Both the position numbers and the translations under genes were made by a program. From positions 62,001-126,000 of the forward strand of contig NIVC01002967.1 in NCBI GenBank assembly GCA_002269645.1: a stretch of 64,000 bases of DNA, in the 5' to 3' direction. Below are positions 13,401-24,067 of the stretch, one piece after another. Under the pieces are notes generated by a model that was not told the DNA's origin, searched no databases, and saw nothing but the letters and a program-made list of their open reading frames with translations. Positions within the stretch are counted from its first letter, which is position 1, and each line of letters begins with the position of its first letter. The DNA is from Macrostomum lignano. Lineage: Eukaryota.

Positions 13401-13973
13401 TCGCGCATCAAAGCGTGGATCAGGACTCAGCAGACTTGGGCGAACCGCACGAACTGCAGACAATCCAGAGGCGCTGTCCCTCAGCCCTCTCACCAGCTCC
13501 GGAAGCTCCTCTTGCGCCTCTCGCGCAGAGACATCCGGGCTGCCACCATGACCCTCTCTGGTCACGGCTGCTTCTCCAGGCACCAGTACCTGCAGGGCAA
13601 CGCCACCAACGCCACCTGTAGTTTCTGCAACTCAGGTGACGAAACCGCTGAGCATTTTGTCAGCATCTGTCCCGCCTTCACGCGGGCCAGACTCACTTAC
13701 CTCGGGCCACACACATCTATTACTGAAGCGTGCAAACCCGAAAACTTTAATCAGCTCATGCGCTACCTTCGGGCCACCCGCAGGGCTGAACTCTCCTTTC
13801 CAGAGAGCACCATAGCTGCTGGCGACACTGGGGGACCTCCCTGGGCGGCGCCAACCCTCCGTCCATAGCGACGCGTCGGCCGTTCAGGGACTAGCGGAAT
13901 GGGCGCCCGCGCCTTCCCGCTGTGTCCCCTCCGGGACAGCCCTGCAGCTAAGTCAAGTCAATCAAGACTCGGT
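10443..13973 (+). mobile_element. 5'-truncated non-LTR retrotransposon (I/R1/Loa-like) with partial APE endonuclease, RT, RNase H and C-terminal CCHC; 13-bp TSD
   Basis: Uninterrupted ORF to 13868 with GGDLNAHHKHWGS, SDH, PWWN, KSPGPDG, FRPISL, FLDIVGAFD, PQGGVLTP, YADD, YTDGSK, HSDS, WVSGHVGIRGNELAD and C-x2-C..ETAEHF..C. ATCAAGACTCGGT at 10443-10455 and 13961-13973; AAGTC-repeat 3' tail. Confidence 0.97.
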
Positions 13974-14047
13974 AAGTTTCAGTTTCATTCTCCATAATTT
14001 CATTGAATAAAAGCAAATATCATAACTTGAGTCTATTTTCATTATAG

Positions 14048-14521
14048 GTTCTACAACGCAAAGGTGTGCACATCTATCATTGGCGATGATGAGACTCGCA
14101 TGATCCAACGGTTCAATCAACTGGAGGGTTTCATCGCCGACCTTGAAGTGCTGGGTTGTATTGCCAGTAAGAAGAAGCAGAAGTAATTGCTGCGTTGCAA
14201 GAAAAACTCGGACTGAGCATTGAAGGAGTTGCGAGAAAGCTAGATATAGATGTGAAGTTTGCCCAGCGACTATTTACATTCTACAAGCTAACAACAAAGT
14301 ACCCGAGTCTGGTAATTTCTGGATATTGCTTTGAGACCCTTCTGACGTTCAAGAAGGCAATTGAACAAAGAGCATCAGAAGATGAGAATTTCGCATGCCG
14401 CCTCGAACTCGACATCGTACTGCACTTTGAAGGAGAGGATGACAGCATGCTTGATGAAGAAGAGAACGACACGATTGAAGCAGCCACTAGCGAAATGGGA
14501 AGCGCTTCTATTGATGAATAA
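14048..14521 (+). pseudogene. Downstream exon of the LINE-interrupted orphan gene (frameshift at ~14169-14183)
   Basis: Donor G|GTAAGT at 13972 and acceptor TTATAG|G at 14047 join in phase 2 (IKTR-FYNAKVC...). Frame A stops at 14184, and frame B continues as ORF 14195..14521. Confidence 0.55.
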
Positions 14522-15376
14522 ACACATGACAGACAAATATCCAGAATTTTTTCTGGACGTCCAGAAAAATTGACATGCTACTACTTAAAGTGACAATTAT
14601 CATTCAAACATTCACTCCGCGCTACTTACCTTAGTATATACCTTGAAAACAACTCTTTGAAATAAAGGCTGCCTTTGTGCTCCAGTGGAGCCACCCACTC
14701 TGTGTGTCTGAGAGTCTTTTGTGTTTGCTTCATTTATTTTTTTCTAATTCTAAAAATAGACAAAAATGTGCCACGTTAAGGGGTTCTGATACATCATCAG
14801 CATTGTGAGTCAGAGCTGTTGGCTTGCAAAAGAATACCCTCGTATATGAAATTCGCCAGGATACTTTCCACTGGAAAAGATGGGTGGTAGTTTTGTTATA
14901 GCTGACTGAATATCTAAGGCATTTCCTAGAAATATTGGTTTACTGAAGGCCATTTTATAATATATAAAATTTCCTATCGTTGAATTGGATGACACTTTCA
15001 TATTGTATATACCTGAAATTGCATTAAATTGACCCGTGAATCCAACTTTTCTCATGGTTTTAGAGTTGGAATCGTGAAAATTGCACTTTTTCAATTTTTT
15101 GAAAATCACAAAAAATCGCTGTTTTCAGACCATTTTCACCTGTTTTTAGTCAATTTTTCACTTATTTTTAGTGATTTTCAAAATGAGTGAGGGCATGAGG
15201 GCAAGGGCACCCCCCTTTTTAAAAAGTATAAAAATTCCGGAAAATCTGTGTTCTGTGAAATTCCACATGCCAATGCCCCCACATGCCCTCACCCTCAACA
15301 CCCTCACTCACAGATATATGTATATTTATGTATTTTTATATTTATCACACACCACTTGCAACTCTGACCTCCTGGT

Positions 15377-15476
15377 AGTAGTAGTATGTTATAAGGGGCT
15401 GAGTCATCCAGCGAGCTGGCGCGCAATGCGCCCGAGCAATCAAGTGTGGCGCAGCCCCTTATAACATACTACTACT
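15377..15476. mobile_element. 100-bp miniature inverted-repeat element with perfect 25-bp arms and (AGT)3 termini
   Basis: AGTAGTAGTATGTTATAAGGGGCTG (15377-15401) and its exact reverse complement CAGCCCCTTATAACATACTACTACT (15452-15476). Confidence 0.7.
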
Positions 15477-15782
15477 TGTACGTTAAAACATTTTATTATT
15501 ATTAGTAAAACTTGTGTTGCTAGAAATCTCATTGGTATCCTGACTCAATTCTTTAACTGTAAATACCAGAATTAGGGAAAGCAGGAAACTGGTGGCAGCG
15601 AAATCTACCAATATACCCCGAAAATCCACTAAGTTCTAAAGTAGAAAAAACCAGTAAGCCTAGACTGCGAGTACCACGCTTGTCCACCTTCGTGTACACG
15701 CATTTAATAATTATTTTCAACGTAATTTCTCCAAGGCAACCCCCAAAAACTCTGCCACACGCAGCTCCTAACGAGCAAAAGC

Positions 15783-15806
15783 AACAGCGGCATCAGCAAG
15801 ATGAGC

Positions 15807-15837
<31 letters not shown>

Positions 15838-15872
15838 GCAGCAGCAGCAACAACAGCAGAAGCAGCAGCAGT
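15783..15872. repeat. (CAA/CAG)n microsatellite
   Basis: Direct reading. Confidence 0.9.
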
Positions 15873-16618
15873 AGCGGAATGAACAGTTCTTACGAATCAT
15901 GTAGGGGCTAAAAAATGGAAACTTTGTTATACATAGATGCCAGCTGTTTGTTTAGCGCAGAAGACTAATGCAGGAGTTTACTTCGGGCGTGTCATAAGCA
16001 ATGCACTGATATAAAAGCAGACGAACTTGCAATCGTAGATAAACAAAATTGTATCAATCAACAACATCTCCCAATATCAATCACACACTGGTAGTGCTCA
16101 TAGAGCTTCTCCATCTCAGCTTGTATGTTTGTCCGTCATCTGCCAGAAACACTGCAACGCGGCCTGTTTGACCATGAAAGGTTGCTTATGACATTACTTT
16201 GACACACCCGAAGTGATTCTTCGTATTCCGTAGCCGTGGGAACCGCAATATTACCATATTGTACTGGTGTGAAGCCGTCGTCATTTTCCACTCTGCTGTT
16301 GAATGGGTCGCTGGTCTTGGGTCGCTCGTTTTTTTAGAACTGGACTCTATGCTTCACTATGTTAGCACTCCGACCTTATGTACAGCTTGAGCCTTCATTA
16401 CTAGTACTAAGCTAAAAGAGCAGAAGAAGCAGTGCATTAGGGAACAGTTAGCCAATAGTCAGCCGAATATGTACCACGACTCAGAGAGCGAATATGAGTA
16501 CGAAGATGCGGTGCAGTTTCTGCCAGTGCAACATGAAAATAATGAGCAGTTAATGCCAGTGCAAAATCAACATAATGAGCAGTTAATGCCAGTGCAAAAT
16601 CAAAGTTAGGGCAGCAGA

Positions 16619-17308
16619 ATGGAGGAAGGCGATCCGGAAGGAAGACTAGTTGTCGGCGTATATCTGGAGGAGTTGGAAAAAGAGACTGAGAGAAAGGAGG
16701 TCGAGTTTAGGGATGAGATGGCAAGATTCATGGAGGAAATTCGGCAGCAGGAGGAAGGGGTGGATCCCATCGACGAACCGGAGGAGACGGCCACAGACCA
16801 ACCGACGTGCCAGCTGGAGCAGTATCAGCCAGAGCAGTGCCAGCCAGAGCAGAGCCAGCTTGAGCCTGCATCAGATTCGCTCATAGATTATGCGACGCTG
16901 CTCAGGGTGGACTTGGGCGACAAGCCGGCCCCTGAGGAGACCAAAACCGGACGACAGGATAGCCCCGGTACACAGGCGTGGAAGTTCCGCAAGTGCCATC
17001 GCGACCTGAAACAATTTATCCTGGCCACGGGAAGAACGGGGCGGTTCGAGGCCCAGTTACCGGAGGCCTGCGTCCAGTTCCTAACCACGGCAACGCCAGA
17101 AGAGGCAATTAGGTGTTTCGAAATCACCTGCTCGTACTGCCTACAATACGCAGAAGGGAAGGCGCGGGGTCCAACTTGCATGAGGGCGACCGCCGAACAG
17201 CTCGAATTTATCGCCAGTCGGTTCGACCCCGTCCGCCAACTAATCCCAGTAAACGGACTACTTTACCTGTCTGCTCAGAATACTTTAAATCTCAGGCCAG
17301 TTAATTAA
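16619..17308 (+). CDS. Hypothetical 229-aa protein (acidic coiled N-terminus, Cys-containing C-terminal half)
   Basis: Intronless GC-rich ORF in AT-rich surroundings; no family recognised. Confidence 0.45.
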   Translation: MEEGDPEGRLVVGVYLEELEKETERKEVEFRDEMARFMEEIRQQEEGVDPIDEPEETATDQPTCQLEQYQPEQCQPEQSQLEPASDSLIDYATLLRVDLGDKPAPEETKTGRQDSPGTQAWKFRKCHRDLKQFILATGRTGRFEAQLPEACVQFLTTATPEEAIRCFEITCSYCLQYAEGKARGPTCMRATAEQLEFIASRFDPVRQLIPVNGLLYLSAQNTLNLRPVN

Positions 17309-17499
17309 GTAGACTAGGAAACCCAATCAAATAATAACCCTTCCAAGCAACATTATTAACACATGCTCGATGCCATCATATTTTCACATTTTACCATCCT
17401 TTGGAACATCTTCAAATCCGATGGTCAGCGTGGCTGACCATGCATCACTTTAGCTAAAATCCAACTCTTTATGGCCATAGACTTAACTTTTGTCTTCAC

Positions 17500-19948
17500 T
17501 TAACAGCATATCGCGAAAACCCATATGGTCAGCTTGGCTGACCATGGCTGTAAGTAGTCTATATGAAGTATAATAACGAGAAAACATGCATTCAAGCATG
17601 TCAAAAACTCAAAAATATCGTCAAAAATATCAAAAACATGAAAAAATTTTCACAAAAAACATGAATTACTAAAATTCCTTTTCTCACTCTGCTAAACGGG
17701 TGAAAGAGCATAGCTCGAAGCTGTCTGCTCAATCGCACCTGAATAGTAGGGTGCTGAACTAGTAAATAACGTTCTGTTTTCGACTTTTTGAAACTTTTTC
17801 AAGTTCTTAGTAGTTAAAACTTTGAAATGGTCTCAATATTTTGAATTTCTAGCTTCCAGATGTAGCATTGCTTTGAGTTCTTTTCTAATAAATTTTGCAA
17901 AAGATCCAGTAAATGTAGCTTTACTTCTGTTGCTATTACACTACCTAACTTTTATGCAATGTGAGGCAAGACAATAACAGGTAGTCGGCAGGAGTAAAAC
18001 GAACAACTCTCCTCTCAGCCTACGAGTGCCAGGCTCGAAAGCAGTCAGGGATGCACAAGCCGGGCTGACCCGGGCACTGCTGACAGACGAAGACGGTACG
18101 TTTGGTGATGCCATTGCGATAGCAGACTCTGCAGCGACGTGTTACTGGGCAAGTGAACAGCATCGGCAACAGGACGCGATGGGTGGACGCACCGTCTTTT
18201 TCCAGGCCCTGAGCTGTCTATCAGGGCAACGATCAGTTGTTCCATGAACTTCAGAAAAGTCAGTGAGCCGCCGGAGTGCCGGAACAAAATCCAGGCATTT
18301 TGCGACAGCTGCAATAGGAAATGAATTCCGAGCTTCTGGTGCCAGCGGTACATCTTTCTGCTTGGGTGGTAGGGCTGCAGCGCAGAGTCAAGGCGGTCGA
18401 CACCACCCATGGACTTTGAGTAGTCCGTCACAGTCACCGGCTTTCGAACAACCTCCATTTGTCCACCTCGTCTGTACCGTTGTCGCGCAGTGCTCTGGGC
18501 CGTACCGAAGGTGTCAAGCAGGTAGACTGTCTTAATACCGCTTGCTTTTCTGTCTGTCAGCTTCACTGCCAAAACATCACCGCTTCGCATGTAGCAGTGG
18601 GATGGAGGCACTGCTGGCATCTGCCGGAGCTCGACTGGAATGCCGCGGTCACAGCGAACGGTGCCTGTTAGTAAGGTACTGTGAGCTAGTAGAAACTCGG
18701 CCAGTCGTCGGGAGGAGAAATAACTGCCAACAAACACCCTGTAGCCAAGATTTAGCAGGTCCTTCGAAGCTCCACCACTATTCGCTCGCTGATGGACAGG
18801 TTGTAGTCGACGAATTCGCTGCCAAACTTGCTGTTTTCCTCAGCTGTCGAATGAACGAGGACGCTCCATAAGTAACCGGTCTTGGAGTCACAAAGACAAT
18901 AGGCCTTAATTCCATATCTAGCCCGCTTGCTGGGAATATACTGTTTGAACGCTAGTCGTCCTTTGTGCTGAACAAGCTCCTCGTCAACAGCGATGTCCCT
19001 GTCAGGCTGAAAATTCTGCTGACAAACTTCCTTTACTGAGTTCAAGAACGGGCGGATTTTGCGAAGCGGATCGTCATTGTCACCAACGCGACAGTCGTAG
19101 AACCTCAGAAAAGATAAGATTTGTTGGAACCGGTTTCGAGACAGGCAGTTTTCACTCAGGAACAACTGGTTGTCATAAAACTTTCCAGTGGCCCAGTAGT
19201 TTTTTATCTCTGGCTTGCGCACGATTCCCATGTAAAATATTATTGCGATGGTCTTTTTTATCTCATCATCTGCACAGTCTCTCCAATCGGTCAATCTCGG
19301 TGGCAGCTGCTGGTCATCCTCTTCGTTCTCAAAGATTCGCAGCTCCTCCCATGCGCGAGCATTGGTGAATTCTTTCAAATGACTAATAATGTCCTTCGTG
19401 AATAAGTTGAAAAAGAGTAACGGCTCATTTGCTGGTGCTTGAACACCAGGATTCATACCGTGGACTCCGAGAAACTCGGGAAGCTGCCCAGCTCTGTCAT
19501 CTTCTCCGTCGTTGACAATTGTCCATTCGTTTTCCTCATCCTTCATCTCCAAGGTTGGCTCCTCAATTACTTCAAAAACTGAGTCCTGATCTGACTCAGT
19601 CGATGAGCTGTTGGACTCGTCGCTTGTAAGAAGTTGATGAAGACTCATTATTACTTATCCGTCGAAATAGCAAATTATATGACAATTCTTCTTAAAATGA
19701 AGAGGCAAACAATCTAGATTGAATGTAAAGGAGAAAAATCTTTCTAGGGATAGTGACTTAGTAGGTACGAGGAAGGAAGGGCAGAAGCAGTCCACAGTGA
19801 TAGGTTCTATGGCTGAAACCCCAAAGCAGGTCACAGAGTGTTCCAAACACACTCTCTCAAGTAACGGGTTTTGGCGATGTTAAAGCAGCACTATAATTTT
19901 ACATAGCAGTAGTCTATGGTCAGCCTGACCATACGGGTTTTCGCTTAA
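17500..19948 (-). mobile_element. piggyBac-superfamily DNA transposon (defective)
   Basis: Imperfect inverted ends GCGAAAACCC(A/G)TATGGTCAG..GCTGACCAT at 17513-17545 and 19916-19944, with TTAA at 17500-17503 and 19945-19948, bracketing the transposase. Confidence 0.8.
18020..19648 (-). pseudogene. PGBD4-like piggyBac transposase, two frameshifts (~18770, ~18145), second catalytic Asp lost
   Basis: DDE_Tnp_1_7 motifs LSRNRFQQILSFLRF, VDEELVQHKGR..KQYIPSKRARYGIK and YSKSMGGVD. The DNxF/Y motif reads VGSYFSS. A third frame gives the Cys-rich tail RRCRVCYRNG..VFVCQQCPGQPGLCIPDCFRAWHS-stop. Confidence 0.92.
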
Positions 19949-19971
19949 TGTAGAGAAAATGCGCGGTCCAA

Positions 19972-20095
19972 ATTATTTGTTCACTTATAATCTGCCCATT
20001 ACATGCCCTTTGGACTGTACAGTTAACATTTTTGTTCACTTATAATCTGCCCATGACATGCCCTTTGGACTGTACAGTTAACATTTGTTCACTTA
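19972..20095. repeat. ~55-bp tandem repeat, ~2.3 copies
   Basis: TTGTTCACTTATAATCTGCCCA(T/TG)ACATGCCCTTTGGACTGTACAGTTAACATT repeated. Confidence 0.8.
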
Positions 20096-20127
20096 TAAAG
20101 CTGTTGTGTGAGTTAAAAATACACCAG

Positions 20128-20166
20128 ACCCTGAAGATGGTCATTGTTGGGCCGAAACGCGTCAGA
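20128..20166 (+). ncRNA. Minimal type I hammerhead ribozyme-like motif (stem I degenerate)
   Basis: CTGAAGA-T-GGTC attgtt GGGCC-GAAA-CGCGTC at 20131-20163; the core and palindromic stem III match, but stem I does not pair. Confidence 0.5.
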
Positions 20167-20554
20167 AGAAAGAATTTACTATAATCTATATTGATTTCAA
20201 CTTTTGTAATTGTAATTTTTTCTTACATTCTCTCAATGATGAACGTCAATACAAGCTCTTCACCATTGAAATCAACACCCATCACATCCCTGATTGCAGC
20301 GCATGGGCATTTTGGCGGACGGCGTCCGGCGCGGATCAGCCTGCGCGGCGCAGCATTGGTGCGGCGCGGCGCGATGTGGCGTGGCGCAACTGGGAGGTGC
20401 GGCGCGGTGGGGGGTGCAGCGCGGTGGCGAGGTGCGGCGCGGTGGGAGGCGCGGCGCAGTGGGAGGTGCAGCGCGGCGGGAGGCACGGCACGGCAAGGAG
20501 GCACTGTGCAGTGGGAGAGGTGCGGCGCGGTGTGTCGGAAGTTGCAGCACCGTG

Positions 20555-20650
20555 CTGCTGCTCACGGTGCAGGCACCCTACCGGCGAGGACAGGCGCGTA
20601 CTCAACGCTACATCGACTGCCTGCTGACTGATGCTGTAACGGAATCAGAA
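20555..20650 (+). mobile_element. Short 3' remnant of an RTE-like LINE
   Basis: LLTVQAPYRRGQARTQRYIDCLLTDA resembles the C-terminus of the remnant at ~60110 (LLTLQAPYQRRQTRTQR). Confidence 0.5.
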
Positions 20651-20820
20651 TGAATCGTAGAGCAAAGGCGGTGGTTTTTGGTCGTTCATTAATCGTATGA
20701 TTGAGCGACGAGAAGGAAAGGAAAAGAGCCTTGGAGGTTGCACGCCTTGGCTACGTGTATTTATAGTGTCCAACGGAAACTTCTGGAAAGTTCTATTGAA
20801 TTATAACAAAGTTAACATTC

Positions 20821-22600
20821 GGGAATGAATATGATGAAGTTGACCTGGCCTTTTTTGACGTCGTGTGGGATCCGCCGCACTGGTTAGACCTCATGGTACG
20901 TGATGTGCTGCGGTTGAGCCCAGCAATGCAGCGCACTGTAGCCGCCCTTCGCTGGCTACACAAAAAGTTGCAGCGCGGCAAGATGACCGTGGCAGCCGAC
21001 CAATTTGCGGCCATGTTGGAAGATCGCAAGGCGCGAAAGACGCAGTCCTTCAGCGCCACGCGCTTTGCGTCTTCAAACTTTGCAGTGGTCGAGAAGACCG
21101 TGTCGGAGCTGCCCATTTGGTTGGCAACCCTTTCCGGGACCAGCCGCCGACTGTCGAGAAAAGATCGCGACCGCCTGGCCTACCTGCAGTCGGCCCCATG
21201 CATAGTTGAGCTGCTCGTGCTGCATGATGTGCTAAAGCCGATTTGCGCAGTCATGCTGCGTGGGCAAAATCTTCAGCTGCCCGGTTGGCACGTAATCGGC
21301 GACCTGTCGGCACTGGCTGTTACGCTGGAGCAAATAAAGATAGGAATGCAGGGCCTGAACCAGCCCGACGCGAATCACGGCAATCAGTTGCACTTACACT
21401 ACATCGGCCCATCGGCCGTCACCTGCAAGAGCTGCGGAATGGTCGCTTCCGTAGCCTGGAGGTTACCACTTCGGCGGTCATTCCATTCCCCACCACTGGC
21501 AACGACGTCGACGGCGAAGAGTCGGCAGATTCGGATACAGAGTCCACCGACTCCGAGGACGCTGCGGACGCAGGTAAGTGAGGCAGTGTGTGGCACTGTG
21601 GTGTATTACTGTAATGATTAAATTTTTACCGTAAATTTTCCGATTCGACCGCAACTTCCAGGCTCCCATGATGAAGGCCAGTCTTGCGAATCTTGCGACC
21701 ACACGGTGGAAGCAGCCCTCAAGGCGTCGCTGGCCATGGTGAACAGACTTTGCGAGTCTTTAAGCCGCCGGAGCTCGGAATCCGTGCCGAATTTTCTTCA
21801 CCTGTTAGAGGCGTCTTTCGGGCTCCACGGCTACCTGCGAGCACTTTGCGGCAGTCGGCGGCAAGGAATGGTGCGGCTGCGCTTCGAAGGGGCCTTCCTT
21901 GTCCACGGCCAGCAGGCCTTCTGCGCAGCGGTCGGCGCAGCAAGAACAAGGCAATGCATTCGCGAGCTGCTGGCCGACTCCAACGCACTGCAGCTCCATC
22001 GGGCCTGGCGTGACGCCCTGTGGGCCATAGTCTGGGAAGATGACGCTGCTGCCAGGTGCTGCCGGCAGGTGAAAAAAGATATATTATTATATTTTGGTTT
22101 TTTAAATTGTTTTGAATTCCGATCTAGTCTCAGCTCAGCTTTACTACATCTCACAGGCAATATTCGGCACAGATTGCCCAGATGACCGCGTAATGATGAT
22201 GTCGGCCTCATCAGATTCCTCCGAGTCCGACTTCATGGTAGATTTCGGCGATGGTCCAGTGCCTTTACGAGTTAGTGAAGGAGCGTTCTGTGCTGCTATT
22301 TATCGAGAGCCCGCCGTCTACGAAAAATTTGGGACGAAGCTGTGCGCCCTATACGACTGGGCATTGGCGAAGCGCGGTCCCGAGGCAATCGTTGAGAGCG
22401 TCTACACCAGCATGAAGCGCCAGTGCCAGCAGGGCGCCATTCAGCTGGACGAGACGCTGGAGCTGCGGGCAAGGCTGGCGTGGCATTTGCCGCCGTCCGT
22501 CAGTTCAATGCCACAGACAGTGACTGCGATAGCCAAGGAGTGGCTGCGAAAAGCTAGTGGCGTTTTTCGTAAGACACCGGCAATCAGTGCAGCTACTTAA
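20821..22600 (+). pseudogene. Intron-containing hAT-like transposase, frameshift near 21390
   Basis: Exons ~20821-21573, 21662-22068 and 22157-22600 join in phase (CAG|GTAAG..CCAG|, CAG|GTGA..ACAG|). Motifs WDPPHWLDL (CxxH-like), SATRF (TRW-like), DVLKPI..MLRGQ and GPEAIVESVYTSM (hAT C-terminal ER/ES motif). Confidence 0.7.
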
Positions 22601-22619
22601 GTCTGGCGTACTTAAGCCA

Positions 22620-23252
22620 TGCGCTGCAATAGGGATCACATCTTCAGTCTGGAACTGTAGCACAATCTCGTGAATCTCCTTATTACTCGTTTCGCTTTCC
22701 CTTAATATTCGTTCGCTTTCCCGTAAAAAAACCCAATCAAGACTGAGATTACTTCTGATTCGAATATTCAAACCTTTTACAATGTCTGCAATATTGGGTG
22801 CTAAGAACAAACCGCTTACACTTTCCCGGGCCATGCTAACAACCCACGATGATTCTGGCGCTTCAGTTCCAGTCCGCGCCGTGGATTCTACCCTAAGCTT
22901 TCTGCTCAAATCCCAATTCCCTATACCAAGTGTCATCTTTAAACTCAACCTCCGCATCTTTGTGAACTCTCATTACAGTGAGATCATAGGCTAGTTTGAC
23001 AGGGAACAGTTCTGGCCTACTCAGATCAGGTGTCTTAAAATGGCCTCTTTTAGTAAAGACGTTTTCTAGAAAGTAATTGTAAATATCCACACTTTGCGTG
23101 CTCACAGGGAATACCACAGCTTCTGCTGCCACACCTTTCCATTTGTAATAAAACTTATTATTTGCTGCCGTCACATTAAGAACGTTTGACCAACCAGTGA
23201 ATCTTATTTCGCAAGGATCAATACCCCCGAAGACGTTGCAAAAACAGTTCAT
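22620..23252 (-). pseudogene. Polinton minor capsid (penton)-like protein, frameshifted
   Basis: WSNVLNVTAANNKFYYK and YRELGF, continuing in another frame as PNIADIVKGLNIRIRSNL; resembles the NI..xNNkFxY / LGF / sxDI pattern of Polinton pentons. Confidence 0.6.
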
Positions 23253-24067
23253 TTTCCTTATATTGCGGCTCGTCTTCTTGAAGAAATACTTCCATATTTA
23301 TCCTTCTTAAGTCAGATTTTCTGTGGCTGGATGTGGGGGGGGGTATAAGTTTACTTCTTTGTTTCTGTTTCAATGCAACAATGCGTTCCTTGAGAGTCGA
23401 AAGAGACGGCATGTTTTGGCAGAAGAGACATGCACAATTCTTCCTTGAATTTAATAAAGAAGACTATAGAAAGTTCTAGAAGAAAAAATTGCTGTCATGA
23501 CTATTTTTAAATATTCATAGAGGCAAACTAGGCGGACCAAATTCCGAGGCTGAGGCCGAATAGGCAGGCCAACTGGCCTCGCAATTTGGCCAATAATCAA
23601 TATCAGTCAAGGAGAGAATCCCAACATACACAGTCCATGCATGCTAATGGCGGCGAAGCGGTTGATTTTTTCCTTTTCTGCTTTTCTGGGAGAATGAGAG
23701 AATCCCTATTGTGCGCAACTCTTTAGGGAATAAAAAACTGTCCTTACTCAAATCCACACTTGGCACCCCCCCCCCAACATATTCTCCATCTGCTCAACTA
23801 AGCATAATTTGTACACTGCTTAAAAAAGCATTTGCACATAGCAGGCTACAACAGCGACAGCTATGTTTAAGCAGCTCACATTCTCTCAATGATCAACATC
23901 AATACAAACTCTTCACTGTTGCAGCAGTCTGCCTGTTTTTTTACTGGGCGCGTGCAATAGAAAACCTAACCTTTCTCCCAAACACCCCTCCAATCCAAAA
24001 AAATGAGCCCTATTTTTTGGCTTGAATAATTCTGCTCTTTCAACCCCCAGCTCTCTCAGCAGTCTTC

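Noticed and set aside
10157-13621. Antisense and alternate-frame ORFs over the LINE, and likewise over FHOD, piggyBac and hAT exons
   Set aside because: Shadows of GC-rich coding sequence with no motifs.
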